From: Octopus sinensis
Lineage: Eukaryota
Assembly (NCBI RefSeq): GCF_006345805.1
Contig: NW_021833035.1
Coordinates: 1-64,000, forward strand
Length of the DNA stretch: 64,000 nt
Direction of reading: 5' to 3'
The notes under the pieces were generated by a model. It ran no database searches. It saw only the letters and a program-made list of their open reading frames with translations, and was not told where the DNA came from. Both the position numbers and the translations under genes were made by a program. Positions 14,040-28,439 of the stretch are shown here, piece by piece (within the stretch, counting starts at the first letter, position 1; each line of letters starts with the position of its first letter).

Positions 14040-14135
14040 AACTTTGGAATGATTTCAAACAGTCCCTTACATTCGAGAAGATTAACTCTGTAGGATGTGG
14101 TTTAAGAATTTTCCACTTTTATTATTTCGTTGACA
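14040..14135 (+). CDS. Candidate 96-nt symmetric phase-1 exon
   Basis: Acceptor ttttattccatttcag|, donor |GTAAGA; open in phase 1 (LWNDFKQSLTFEKINSVGCGLRIFHFYYFVD). No recognised homology. Confidence 0.3.
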
Positions 14136-14772
14136 GTAAGACCAATTTTTATTGTTTATTTATTGTGTTCTTTGTTTCTGTTTTTTGTTCTTCATCTTTA
14201 ATTCATTGATCTCTAGTTCTTACCTAAAAAAATGAAGATATTAATAATTGTATCTTTCTTTCTCATCGCATTATTATTTCTACTTAGTCTTAATTCTTAT
14301 TTAAATAGGTTAGCAGTGAATTAATAATTGATAGACTTGCAAATGATCTACAAATTCATTTAAAATCTGGTAGATGGATTAATATTAATCCTGGTTGTCA
14401 TTAAAAATCTGAACACACTTCATTACTAACTTGCTTAGAAATACTGGTAATATGAGAACCACTCTACCTCCGAGATAACCAGCTACATATCCCTTCTCCT
14501 TCTCCCATCATACATGCTATTTCACCAGCCAGATCCCTCGTCAATTATTATTCCCAATCCTTCCTTTCTAGATTATGCAACATTCAGGAACTCACTCCCT
14601 ACTCACACTAAGCTAAGGATATACAAACGGAACATTAATAATATCGATCTATCGAATCAATAGTCCCTATCTATTCGTTTCCCTTGTACCTTGTCAATGA
14701 AGAGAAATAATTTAATTTATGTTCTTATATTTTTTATGTTTCCTCTTTCCTTTTTTTCTACTTCTATTGCAG

Positions 14773-14963
14773 TAAAAGAAGTTAGTAACTTGACTGCTTA
14801 TTCAACTTTTTCCTTCAAACAAAATCCATATCACAACCTGATAACCGAGGCTCAAATGGATGCTCACTCGGTTCTGGATTGTTCACATTTATGTACGGTA
14901 TCTTCTTCATGTATCGCCTTTTCATATACTAACACTAAGTGCGTACTAAAGAAACTGATCTGA
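14773..14963 (+). CDS. Terminal exon encoding a PAN/Apple-like domain (alternatively a single-exon secreted 88-aa protein from ATG 14697)
   Basis: Strong polypyrimidine tract + CAG at 14770-14772, phase 1. ...SVLDCSHLCTVSSSCIAFSYTNTKCVLKKLI*. AATAAA near 15078. Confidence 0.7.
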
Positions 14964-17035
14964 ATTTTATTGGAATTCACCCCAAAATTATTTACTTCTC
15001 AATGAAATGTGAGCAAGACTCCAACGGGTCACGTTTGCTAATAATAATTATATAAGATAAAATGTGTATTTCCTTATCAATAAAATCAATTTAGTTCAGA
15101 TAATTCTTTTGTTAATTTATATTTATTGCTAACGTTTTTCGTTTTAAATTAGTCTTCTCTTAGAAATCCATTCACACATTGGGATATTTATTAAATTTAC
15201 CAGAGTACTAATGAAGCAATTGGGTATTATTTTATCGACCTTCAAAGAATGAATCGCAATAAAAACCTGAACAGCATTTGATCTCAAAACATAACGGTCT
15301 TAACAAAATATCAGAAGCAGTCAAACCGAATCTTTAACGCTTCTTACCCATCATCTAAATAATATATGAGATAAAATAATTGCATTGATTGATTTCTCTT
15401 AAAAAGTGAAATCATTTAATATTCAAGCTAAAAAATAATGATCAAAGTAACATCGAAAAGTTTTCTGAAGAATATGGTAAACAGTTTATAAGAACCAATG
15501 TTCGTCTATTCCAGTGTAAGAAAGCACCGAAAATTTTAGGTTAATTTTTGAGTTTCAGCTCTGATCTCTTTAAGCAGGTAATTCTAAACTAATTTTATCG
15601 AAATTTACAAAGCCAAATTAAAATTAAAATCTTTCTTTTTTCTCGTTGGACGAAATTTTGCGTCTCAGCAACTTACTTGCTATAACGTTGGTAGAGGTTA
15701 AATGAAAATATGAAATCTTTTACACGAGAAACGAAATTTACTAGAAATTCCGTCATTATTGAAATGTTATGCTTAACAGTGAAAAATGAATTGAAATACT
15801 GACCATAAATGTCGTAAAATTGTTCGTTTTGTTTTCACCGGTTATCATATAAATTGATATTGGATTCTTTGTTTATAGTTTAGTAAAGAGTGGAGGTGGC
15901 ATTTGCAAGATTTTACGGATTAGTGAGATCGATACGGTTAATGTTTAGTTTTAAGATTTGTGTGTCACAGAGATTGAATTTCAGCGGATTAATGTTCTGG
16001 GTCAGTGCCGACTCAATCGTTTTGTTGTAGCTTAGACAGCATTAGTTAAAAAATCTCTAAGTATGCACAAAGACTTTATATAGACATTAATTTGAGTTTT
16101 AATTTAATAAATCAAATGTAAAGTCAACCTCTCAATGTGATTGAACTGTCACAAATAAATAAAAAGTTACATGAAAGATGGTACCATCAGTTACAAGTTA
16201 TGAAAATACAAACTACGTGAAGGCATTTCTCTTTTCGGTGTTTCATAATAATTGGGCATAAATTGTGCTGTTTGGGGGCTACTACAGAATTCTTGAGATG
16301 AGATTTGATCATCCACAATTTGAAAAAGTATTCATTCATAGCGTGCCGTGTTACATTTACAGGCAGCAGTTCGTTCCATTCAACGAGGAATCCATAGAGA
16401 GATTCAAAAACTCAAGTAAATCGGTCAATGAGCTCAAAATGTGTCACTTCCACCCGATGAGTCGCTTTGCACAGCGGAATTCGGATCTTTTCAAATTTGT
16501 GGCCAGGACCCCAGATCTTTCTAGTTAACTAAATAATTTGAAACTTTGTGTACTCATAGAGTGGAACTAGTTTATTCGCCAGTTGGAACTAGTTTATTTG
16601 AGAAAAATCTATTTTATGACTTTAATCGTAGATTAAAACTGCGAATTTTAACCAATGAGATTGATTGTTTTCATATCTAAAACGTTACTGCGATCTGTTA
16701 GTGTGACGTTGAAAGCAGTTTTGTGACGTAGTTGAAGACGGCTTATAAGCACGTCTGCTATTTCTAAAAAGCTTTGTGTGTGGTAAAGTAATTTTTTTAC
16801 TTTACCATATTTTTATAAATTATATCGGAGAATCCATATTTTTATAACATATATCGGAGAATCCATGTGATTTTTCGTTGTTTTTCTCTTATACGTATGT
16901 GAATTATTTCTGAGTATGCATTGTCTGGGAGACTTTTTCTTGCAGTTGAGAAATTTTTGGCTGCTATTTCTAAAAAGCTTGGTGTGTGGTTAAGTAATTT
17001 TTTTACTTTACCATATTTTTATAAATTAATATATA

Positions 17036-17123
<88 letters not shown>

Positions 17124-17999
17124 ATTTTTTACTCGGTGTATGTGTATATGTATGTCTGCATGTGTGTGTGTATGTATGTGTGTGTGTGTGTAAGTATGTG
17201 TAAAAAATTACATTGAATTGGCCATACATACATACATACATACACATACACAGATACATACACACATACATTCAGGCATATACACATACACCGAGTAAAA
17301 AATTTCAGTTATCTCTCTCTTTCACACATTACTCTCTCTGTCTCTTCACACACACTAACAGAAGCACTTCACTTACACAACATACTGTCTCCCACACCCC
17401 ATCAAACACACACACACACACATGTACATCAATGCTTCCCCTAGACGGTAACTTCAAAGACAAACTTTTGTTATTAGAAGGTGGCTGACTATAGCTTGTT
17501 TACATTTAAGATGTTTAACACGTCACGAAATTGGTGGTCGAGACGGAGTAAATAAAATAAAGCCGAATGACGGAATATCATTGGTTAAAATTCTAATTAT
17601 TAAACAACGTTAAACTTAGAAGTTACAATTCCGTTTTCATTCTGGTTTACAATTAAGTTTACTTTTGACACATTCTACCAGTATACGAAGTTTCAAATTG
17701 TTTGGTTCAGTAGGAAAAATTTGAAAAAACTGGCTTCAGAATAGAAAAGATCCCGGAATTCTGATATCAGAGTGACCAATTTCAGTGGAAATGTATCTGC
17801 TATGAATCTGAGACAAACAATGTTCAGAAATTGGGAATTTAGAGATTAAGGTAAGTAGGCTCATCATTATACCACCATTTTATGCTGAAAATCGGTGTTG
17901 GAGCTCTAAGCAAATGTAGTTCAACATAGAAATGTTCAATAGAAATGAAGACGTGTAATAATGAGCATGCGCATTGGATACATTAATACAGACAGAGAG

Positions 18000-19250
18000 T
18001 TGTGTGATTCTAGTCGAGATACCCTTAACTAGTGAGTTAATTGCGCCAGGGGTTGATATGATAATTGGTTTAAGTAGGTAGTGGTCTAGTAGTATAAACT
18101 AGATTTAAAGTCCAAAGTTACGTCCTGGAAATTAACTGTCTTTGTATTATGCTCAAATGTAGTAAGTTGGTTGTAATTTCTGAAAAAATTTCTGAATACT
18201 TTTTTCTCGTCCGTTCTAAAACCACTTTACTATTAGTTGGGATAATGAACAAAGCATCGTCCCTACATAGACCTACACATAGATTAGGAAATATATCTTG
18301 GAGGCAATGCAGGAGATATATTCCTACTAGATCGGTGACCTGGACCAATTACTAGATCTCATAGCAACATCGAAATTGTCAGGAGTGTCATGCTGCGTTC
18401 ACAGCTCACCCTCGAATTCAATGACGGTTCTCCTAGCCCACAAAAAAATATCAATGTTATACAAAGTGGGAGATATACTACAGTAATAAACATTAATCTC
18501 GAATTGTAAAGAAGAGTATTTACGTTTACGATCTATAGAGGAAAACCAGTGTACGACCTCACACCTATTACACCATAATTTAAAAGGTATAATCGGAATT
18601 AAAAGAGAGATAATTTTTATCTAACAGAGCTTAACGATATCCGATCTAGTCGGGCTGATCGATCAGGCAGATCAGTCAGGTTGATCAGTCGTATAGACAG
18701 GTTGTCCTAAAAGTTGACCCTAGACTCACAAGGCCAGAGTGGCTCCGTTCTCTCATATATTTTCCAAATGAAGATGATTTTAGATGGAACTGCGTTAATA
18801 TCGTCCAGTGTGGATTTATGAGTATTCCTATATTTTTTGTTGAATTCCTTGAGTATTAGTTCGGGGTACGTGGTGTAATCTGTTCTATATAGATTTCCGG
18901 CCTTATCAGTTGGCATCAAGCTTCCGGGTTCATATCTCAATTCCTTGATAAGTTTCGTTAGATTTCTTAGGTGCAGGTTTTTCCTAAGAGGATCACGCTT
19001 GAACTTTATGTTAGATATAATTTGAAATGAATCTTTTTCGAAGTGATCTAATAACAGGTTAGGAGGTGAGATTTTGCGGTATATATTTCAAGCAAGGGGC
19101 GAACCCCTAGCATCTTCAAGCAGACGACGGGATCCCCAGACCGAACGGCTTCGGACTATTCATGCCCAACTTCAGTGGTGAAAACCCGACCGCTAGGATG
19201 AGCAGGAATTCGCTCCAGATCGCAATATATTGAAAACTAAGCGACAATCT
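18000..19250 (-). mobile_element. Penelope-like RT remnant
   Basis: DLVGIYLL...VGLCRDDALF (YRDD-equivalent motif). Confidence 0.7.
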
Positions 19251-19689
19251 GTCACTGATCTTGCAACAAGCAAAGAAGCCAATTAAAAAGTCTTACTATG
19301 AGTTGAAGGTATTAACTATACAGAGAAGTAATTTTTATCACCACAATAATATAGCTGTTCAACGTTATTACTGTATAACCCCAGGCAGCGCCCCCGCCAG
19401 CTGGTTATCAGTATAGTTGCTACTACATAAAATATACCGTCTCTAAAAACATATTTTACAGTGTTACACTCTACAATGCCAAAGTTAGACTCACGGTGGA
19501 ATGATGCCCATACACTCGAGGCAGTGCTTTTATTATACACACAAGCAGCTTTGAATGTACCCACACAAAAGTCATTCGACTGATGAACGAACAATCACCC
19601 ATTCTGCTACAACTATCAGGTGACATACGTGCATTTTGTACGGCTGTTATAACCAATACTTAATATGCTATAAGCAATAGCTAGCATGT

Positions 19690-20300
19690 GTGCTTTTCCA
19701 CTATTATACTTAGTCACTAATCTACTTCAACCATTAGCTGTTTTTCTACTTCCTACACTTAATACTACAGCGATCTCTAACTGGATTTCTGCACATCTCC
19801 CCTACTCCACTACCCAGGCCCACTTAAGACATCAAACTGTCCTACTCTCATCGCACTTATTCCACTTAATCTCTTTGATCATGCATTCAACTCTGTCTGC
19901 TCATTCTCCCAAGAACAAAGGTCTTATAATTCTCTCATCAGTCACTTTATTTCATATAGAAACCAACTGAAACACATTTAAACTAAAATTCTGGACTGTT
20001 TTTTTTTTTTAATTATTGAAATTGATAATTCAGCTGGAGGGAATAAGTGTGGGGGATATGAACCCGTATCTATTTTTTTCAATTATTTTTAGAAGAATTA
20101 TTATTTAAAATTTAACAATGATTCGTCAAGAAATATTTAGTCAATCACATGAACGCAATGGAAACATTTTGGGAGCACTGCTTATTACTACGAGTTATGT
20201 CCCCTTGAGAAGATAACATCCGATAAAAAAGAAGTATAAATTACTTTTGTCGACGCACAGGTTATTGATAATTTTCTGATTGATGCGGACATTTTTCATG
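19690..20300. repeat. Unclassified repeat; second copy at 48228-48561 + 52772-53420
   Basis: Collinear similarity readable by eye (tacttagtcactaatctacttcaacc...; atgaacgcaatggaaac; cacaggttatt). Confidence 0.8.
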
Positions 20301-20330
20301 ATGCAGACATGCACTCATACACGCACACAC

Positions 20331-20368
<38 letters not shown>

Positions 20369-22170
20369 CTACAAGTCGCGTACTTGATGTGGGAGATTAT
20401 TTATGGAAAATTCGATGAATACGATCTCCAACTTCGAAGCTGCAACTATCAGCCCTGGTAAATAACTGGTTAATCTTCAAATGAATTAACAGAGGGAGCC
20501 CTTTATTCAAGATCGTAATGATTTTCGACTGAAACTTGAATTTACCAGGCAGGGAGTTACTACAAACAACATGGCTGGACACAACATCAACAACAACTCA
20601 ACAGGTAAGCAGATTCTTTCTAGCTGTAGTTATAGAAGAAACCGGAACTACAAAACAAACTTTCCTTGGCGTTGTGAATTGAATACTGATTTATTTAATT
20701 GCTACAAAAGACCGAAAACCACGCCGCTGTTGGATATATGGATCAATTGAAATCATAGTGGGATGATCTGCACTCAGAACGAAACAATTACGTCAACAAG
20801 CAACATTTGTGGAACATAAGAAGAAAGTTAGTTACTGTAACCTTATTTTAAAAAAAACAAATATCTAAAATTAACCTTCTCCAAAACAAAATAAACGGAA
20901 AACTGAACGATGTTAGAACACCACGTGATTTCGCAGTTAGCGACATTCCAACAGATACTATACAGCCTACCAGCCAAACTACAGCACAGACTAAAGCAAG
21001 AGACCATTGTCCCTCTACTTTGTCAATAGTAAATAGCAAGCACAACCGCAACAGTCATTGCAGTAGCAATCAGGGTGATATGTCGCTGAAATATGCCCTT
21101 AGTGATATCTTTCAAGAAAAAATTAGTTTCGCTTTGAAATACTTCCTCAAAGAGAGAGCATTCTCTACTAAAGTAAGCAAAAGACCAACAGACACTGTAT
21201 TAAAAGCTGTTAATGAAATCAGAAAGTAGCATTTGTGTGAGTGTAATGAATCCTCATTCTGGCAGATTAACGCCTTTTTGTAGGCCTTGTCTACTACCGC
21301 AAAGCAATGCATGAACGACACTCAAAAGCAATAAAACCAAAACAACGAAAAAAAATGCTATCATGGGTTTTGAACTCGGGGAAAAAATAGCTGATGTGCG
21401 GAAGACCATCAGCCGTGTGACGATGAGTGTGTGATGCCTGTGGGTAGCGAAAAGAAAACATTCAATTACAAACTGGTCACCTCTCAAGCAGGAGCTAAAA
21501 GCATAACCGAAAGAAAAATAGTTAACAAGATTTAACCGGAACCAGGCAGTAGTATACAGAGAGATGAGAGGAGAAGCAAGTGAACATCACAGAAGTTCCT
21601 TCACAAGAAGACATAGACTCCTTCTGACGGAAAATCTGGAGTGAAGAGATGAAGTTTAACCGAGATACTCTGTGTGGGTGGAAGAAATTCGAAGAAGTTA
21701 TTATCCCTGCGTTACACCCAAGACATACAACATTGATGGGGATACTCTTGTGACTGTAATCAAGAAACGTCAGGATGCAAAACTCCCAGAAGAGACTTGA
21801 TAGATGGATACTGGTACAAGAAGCGAACCTTCTACTGACCTTATCTTATCAGCCTGCACCAGCATGCTCTCAGAGGAAATAGTAGCATACCACACTGGTT
21901 TACTCTGGCAGAGACGAAACTGATCCCCTAAAGCAGAACCACCCACATAACGAAAAACTACCGGACAATAGCATGCCAGAACTTAATGTATGAAATATAT
22001 GTATAAAATGTATATTTAATGTATAAAATATAGTCAAAGCCATACTGAACATGACATCATCGTGGGTCACTATTTTAATGTTAAATACAAGGAGTGATAT
22101 TATTATCACTGATAGAACACATCATCGCAGCGGCATATTCCAACGGGACAGCCTCTCTCTGATGTTTATA

Positions 22171-23437
22171 TTAGGTTGTCAAGAAAGTTCTTCCGGTTTT
22201 TAACCTTTATATTCAGATGCACATATCTCGGCTCAAACAAAACTTTATTAATCGAAATAAACACCATCAGAATCAACATACTTTTGCCAACGCGAAACAA
22301 GTTCATTTATGACAGTAGCGTAAAAATCCTGCGTTCTGGTGGCGAAGATGTTCTTGAAGGCGTGTTTGGCATCATCTTGGATTTTTAAGCATTTCTCAGG
22401 CAGGAAGTTGTCGAGATGCTTGAAAAAGTGGTAGTCGGTTGGCGACAGGTCTTGTGAGTATGGCGGATGAAGCAGTTTTGTAGCCCAATTTGTTCAACTT
22501 CTGCAGGGTCAATTGTGCGGCGTGCGGCCGAGAGTTGTCGTGAAAAAGAATTGATCCTTCTCTATTGAACAATGCTGGCTGTGGTTATCGGAGTTTCTTA
22601 AGCATTTCATACATTTGCTGACAGTACTTCTCCGCCGTAATGGTTTCGCCTGGATCCAAAAAGCTGTGATGGATGAGACCGACCGCAGACCACCAAACAG
22701 TCACCATGGCCTTCTTTTGGTGCAACTTTGGCTTCGGGAAGTGCCGCAGAGCTTTGTCGGCGTCCGGCTACTGAGCTGAGCGTTGACGATTGTCGTAAAG
22801 AATTTACTTTTCATCGCAAGTCAGAATCCGGTCGAAAAACGGGTGGTTCTTGTTGCATAAAAGAAGGGAAGACGACACTTTTGGTTGTCGTTCAATTCGT
22901 GCGGCACCCATTTCTCAAGTATTTTTGTTTTTCCAATCTCTTTCAAGTGGTTAGAAATTGTTGCATACGTTACGTCTAATTCAGAAGCAAGCTCTTGAAC
23001 AGTTGTGCGTGGATTGGCTTCCACTAAGGCTCTTAATTGATCGTTGTCAACATCCGATGGCCGACCACTACGCTTATCATCTTCAAGACTCTCGTCACTG
23101 CTACGAAATTTGTTCAACCACCATTGTGCTGTACGTTCATTACTGGTTCCGGGACCAAACGCATCGTTGATATCGCCAGCTCTTTCAGCAGCTTTTCGGC
23201 CCAGCTTGAACTGGAATAAGAAAATTGTGCGAATTTGCTTTTTGTCGATGGTGTATTCAACGTTCCGGAAAAAATGGCCTAATTATTAAAAAAGAAAGAT
23301 TAAACACGATTAGATAGAGCGAAAAACAGGCTTTAAAATGATATATAAAGGCAAAGTAATTTAACGAAAATTAATTTGAAAATACATTATTTAAAACCAA
23401 AATTTAAAATTCCGCAAGAACTTTCTTGACAACCTAA
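22171..23437 (-). mobile_element. Full-length mariner, degraded transposase
   Basis: TIR ttaggttgtcaagaaagttctt / aagaactttcttgacaacctaa; TA TSD; WVPHEL motif. Confidence 0.93.
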
Positions 23438-23444
23438 TACTTTC

Positions 23445-24830
23445 TGTAAACCCTTTGTCATTCATATTGAGGAAGTGTCAGTAGTATCTCATTGGTTCAC
23501 AAGGTAACAGAAATACCAAAAATACACACAGATTCTTTGTGGATGACTTAAAACTACATGCCAAGAATATGCATGAGATGAAAAAGAACCTTGACCTGGT
23601 TACGACATTCCAAAACGCTGCGGAGTTGGCATGTGGTCAAGATAAATGCTGTTATATAGTTGTGAAACAAGGCAAAACTGTATAACAGATAAGCAGCATT
23701 TCCATCAATGATTTGACTGTTTTCCCTATATCTGATGAGGACTGCTACAGGTACCTAGGGGTGGATGAAAACATATCTTACGGTGGCACCTGTGACAAGA
23801 CACGTAATCACTAAAGAATATTACAGCCGAATAAAGAAAATATTGATCTCGGAATTCTCTGCAATCAATAAAACAATGGCCCACGGTGTGTTTGCAGTGC
23901 TAACACTCATACCAACATTTGGGTCGCTTGACTGGTTGTCTGAGGGATCCGAGCCATTGATGTAAAAACTCGGAACATACTAGTCAGCACAAATAAATTT
24001 CACATCAACAGGGATGTAGACCGCCTCGACCTAAAAGGAAAACAAAGCGGGAGAGGCTTAACATCGATCCAGGCTGCCTTTGGAAGGATAAGCCTGAAGT
24101 CAAAGAAATAAGAACTCACAGTATGGTTGCAGACACAGCCACTCATAATAAAAAATAGTACTGGTGGAATGTCTCAGTGAAAAAAAAGCTCTATAAAGTG
24201 TAAACATAGTAGAGATGACATAGTGATTTGGGATAGAGAAGAAAAACTGTGTACAGTTATGGAAATCAGCTGCCCAGCAGGTGTTAACATAAAGCTAAAG
24301 ATCAGCAAGAAAGAAAATACCTACGCTGAACTATTGAGAAATCTACAGTTTCTCTACCTAGATGACATGTTCAGGTTAATAACTGTAATTATAGGAGCAC
24401 TGCGATATGTAACATACTGCCTAAATACCATTGCTGAGAAATTACACTTCTCAAAAGCAGAAAGGAGAAAGCTAATTTGAAGACTACAGATCCAAGCCAT
24501 CACTAGATCTGTAAAACTCCCCAGAGGTTTATCATTTAAGTATAGATGCGCATGTCTAGACGTGTAAGTGTATGCATGAGAATACATACACAAAAGAAAA
24601 CTTACAAATCTACACATGCACTGACTCCTAATCCTGCACATATACACGCATACATACATATATACACACATAAATACGTGCAAAAATAACCTGTTGGCGC
24701 TGTTTAAATTCCAATGAAGGAGTCTTGGATCTAGGGTAGAAGACGGTTCTTTCTCTATAGGCAAGAAATCTTGAAGCAAGACTGAATAATGACATAAACA
24801 CATAATAGCTGCTTTCTCATATACGAGCAA
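23445..24830 (+). mobile_element. Second R4/Dong-like family, 5'-truncated and degraded
   Basis: FVDDLKL, RYLGVDE, DIVIWDREEKLCTVMEISCP (RLE); 3' UTR with TACA-rich tract. Confidence 0.8.
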
Positions 24831-24974
24831 AACCATTGCTAGAAAGAATCAGTGAAATAAATCATACATATACACACATACATACATACATACATACATG
24901 CATAGATGCATACGTACGTACGTACATACATATATACATACACACACACATGCATACATAAGAAGTGCGAGGTG

Positions 24975-25576
24975 CAATCCAAGTCTGGTGTCTTAAAAGA
25001 AGCTTGGATGTGTTGGTGCAGTTGTCGACCCTCTGGATAAAGGTGTTTGGCGCTGCCGATCTCTGGACAGTAGGGCAAAGGCTCGGATCTGCAGGCCTCT
25101 GATCTTCTCTGTCACATTCAATAGTTTCGAGACTTAGACACTTTCTGCAGCTCTTATGGACCACCTGAACTCTTTTGGTACAAGGGTTAGGGTTAGGGTT
25201 AGGACGCATCGCTGGATTATGGGTTACCATTGGTTGCATCCAGTCAACGATTCTACTCAGAGAATGGGGTGCATCTTGTTACTTGTATGATTCGGGAGTG
25301 TCAGCTGAGGGCATTTGGTCATGTTGCTGGACTTCCAGAGTTTGATCTTGTGTGTCATGTTCTCTTCTCTGTAGATCCAGATGGAGTGACGGTTCGTGTT
25401 GGTTGTACACATGCCTCATGGTCACGGCTAGTGATCAAGTATTTCCAGCTGATGGGAACTGACTGGGATACTGCTCAGAGGAATACCCTAATACTCGAGA
25501 CGATTCGGGCAAATACAGAAAATGGTGAACGCAGTGATGCACTGTAACGGCGCCTGTCCCCATACCTGACCTGACT
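24975..25576 (+). mobile_element. RTE-type LINE 3' fragment with a short internal insertion
   Basis: LDKGVWRCR, VTCMIRECQLRAFGHVA; tail ccccatacctgacctgac. Confidence 0.75.
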
Positions 25577-26087
25577 TAGGATAAGGAGATTAATAATGAA
25601 GATAATCAAGAAATAGCCTTATAAACAATCACCATAAATCATGAAACCTTTAACATGCTCCAGAATAAAGGACAAATCAGAACAACGAGGCTCCGAGATA
25701 TAAAGAATTCTTGGACAAGCCTATCAAACATATATCCCAATGATAGGCTGCCTAAAGGATATCTCCATAATCAAGCTTCCACGCAGTTTCCATAAGCCAA
25801 ATTCACTCAGAAGGATTTTATATTCAGTTGCATCTTGGAGTTCCAAGGGCTTCACTGTCTCTCTTGTTTATTTGGTATCTCGAATCAATCGCCTCTTCTT
25901 GGACAGCAAATGCACAGCTTCGAATGTATGTATGTGTGTATGTATGTATGTGTGTATGTATGTATGTATGTATGTATGTATGTATGTATGTATGTATGTA
26001 TGTATGTATGTATGTATGTATGTATGCATGTATGTATGCATGCATGTATGCGTGTATATATATAAATTATAATTAAGCATATCTAAA

Positions 26088-26281
26088 AGATAACAGTCAA
26101 AACTTGATTCTAAAACCACATCAAATATTCCTACAGCACCATGGAAAAAAGACAAAGGGACAAATAAACTAGCAAAATATTACTGGATATTAATATTTTG
26201 CCAGTTTATTTGTCTGTCTTTTCTCCAAAATGCTGTATGAATACTTGATGTGGTTTTAGAATCAAGTTTTCACTGCTATCT
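26088..26281. repeat. Imperfect inverted repeat, about 95-bp arms, 8-nt loop
   Basis: 26088-26182 is the reverse complement of 26191-26281 apart from scattered mismatches and one small indel. Confidence 0.9.
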
Positions 26282-26529
26282 CTAACATGGTGGTATCTTT
26301 ATCATAATTTCAATAGTAATTATTACCTATACGGTTTTTATTCCCATGCCAGCCACTTGATATGATCGGTATTTTAAATAAGGATCTTATTCTTATTTAT
26401 ATAAATATATATATATATATGTGGGGGGGGGGCTAAGATCAAAGTCTAATATCTACTCTTAACAATTTAATATATATAGGGCAACGGACTCGCTGTTTCG
26501 ATGCCCAGATTTGAATATTGTGAATGCTT

Positions 26530-26818
26530 ATTGAGCGAAAACACCTAAAGCCCCACGACGTTCCTTCAGGGGTGGTGGCGAATCCTGATGTACTCTTTCA
26601 CCACAACTTTCTCTCACTTTTTGCTCCTGTTTCTATTGTACCTGTATTTCAAAAGACCAGCCATGTCACACTCTGTGTCACGCTGAATCTCCCAGAGAAC
26701 TACGCTAAGGGCACACGTGTCTTTGGAGTGCTCAGCCACTTGCACATGAATTTCACGAACAGGCTGTTACGTTGATCGAATCAACAGGAACCCTCGTCGT
26801 CGTAACCGACGGAGTGCG
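26530..26818 (+). mobile_element. SINE (family of 5165-5398)
   Basis: Shared body and ...gtcgtcgtaaccgacggagtg tail. Confidence 0.75.
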
Positions 26819-27181
26819 ACGAGTAGATAATAAATAGATACAAGCTCATACAAGCAACACTGAGAAATAAATATGAATACAAAAAAGGGTTTCCTAAAAT
26901 ACAACATGCGTTTGAAACTCAATAACGCAATCGATGGAATGTCGATTTCTAATAGTTGCGTAATCTGTATTATTCTGTTGGCTTGCAGGGAACAAAGCAA
27001 CCTAATCGATATAATCCATTAGAGACGGGACCAAATCGATATAATTCATTAGAGATACAAAAGAAATATTTATATTATTCAAATGATAAAGTCAGGTATA
27101 AATAAATAGTTCGCTTTCATATCATGATATTTGAAATAATGATATGGTATATCTATCCATCTGTCTGTCTCTCTATCTGAA

Positions 27182-27269
<88 letters not shown>

Positions 27270-28439
27270 TATAAATGTATATATATGTATATGTGTATAT
27301 ATATATATATGTGTATATATATATATATATATATTTATATGTGTATATATATATTATATATGCATATGCATATGCATGTATGTATATATATATATATATT
27401 AATTTAGAGATAATAGGCCCCTAAATCTCACCAAATAAAAAGATTTTTTTATTTTTATTTTAAATACATACTGTTTATTACTTGGCAACACGTGTTTCAT
27501 AAGGTACATCCTCGGGTTCCTAAACCACTCCGTGTTTCCCTGGAACCCCTCTCAAAATGCCACCCAAATCATCAGGCCCTTATATAACTTTATCAACGTT
27601 CAATACAATAAACTATATTTTAATTTTCTAAAACCCTTAAGTATGTGTAAAATAGGTATGTTCAAATTAGTTTCGCTGGACTCTACAGTACAAGCCATAA
27701 TTCAGATAAAAATTCAAATAAAGATAAAAAGTTACAAAAATAAAAGTTACACGAATTACTTTCATTTTTATTCACAGTTTTTTAGATATTATTAACATAG
27801 TATTTGTAAACTTAATTTTATTTGGAACACTATATATTACTAACATAGTTGTTGTACATTTTCGGATTTTTTTATATAGATTTTTTATTCCTTACTTTAT
27901 TCGTGTAAATTTTATTGCCGGAATTTTTATTCCCTAAAAAATAATATGTTTCTAGTGTTTTGTACATGTCCTAAGTTCTCATTAGAAAAGATTGAATGGA
28001 ACTGAAAAATTTTGACGTTGGCCAACAGAGGTAATGAGATTGGCATGACGATGATTTCCGCTAATTGGTGCCCGGATCGCTGTGACGATGACACCATATC
28101 TGATGATGATGGAGTTCTTTGACCAACAGCATGAAAGCTTCCAAACACTGCAACATCAGTGAAAGAAGTGTGTGCGCTTCAAGGAGTCCCATGTTGAAAA
28201 AAAAAGTTCATTTGGTTATATTCCATGAAATTAAACTGATCAGGCTATGAACTATTCTGCCGATCCTGGTATCATTGGTTTCAACCATTATTTTGCTAAA
28301 ACTATCGGTATTCTTGAAACCTTGTGTATGGTACATGCATACATGCATACATACACATACATACATACCTATATCCATCCATACATACATGCATACATAC
28401 ACATACATACATACATACATACATACATACATACATGCA

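Noticed and set aside
16725-16760. ttgaagacggcttataagcacgtc, a possible hammerhead relic next to an LTR-like repeat
   Set aside because: C3 and GAAA are missing; too degenerate to call.
17786-17850. AG/GTAAGT-bounded 65-nt exon candidate
   Set aside because: Stops in all three frames; could only be non-coding, with no further support.
20330-22100. Purine-rich, ORF-fragment-bearing segment resembling decayed retroelement sequence
   Set aside because: No diagnostic motif recognised; left unannotated.
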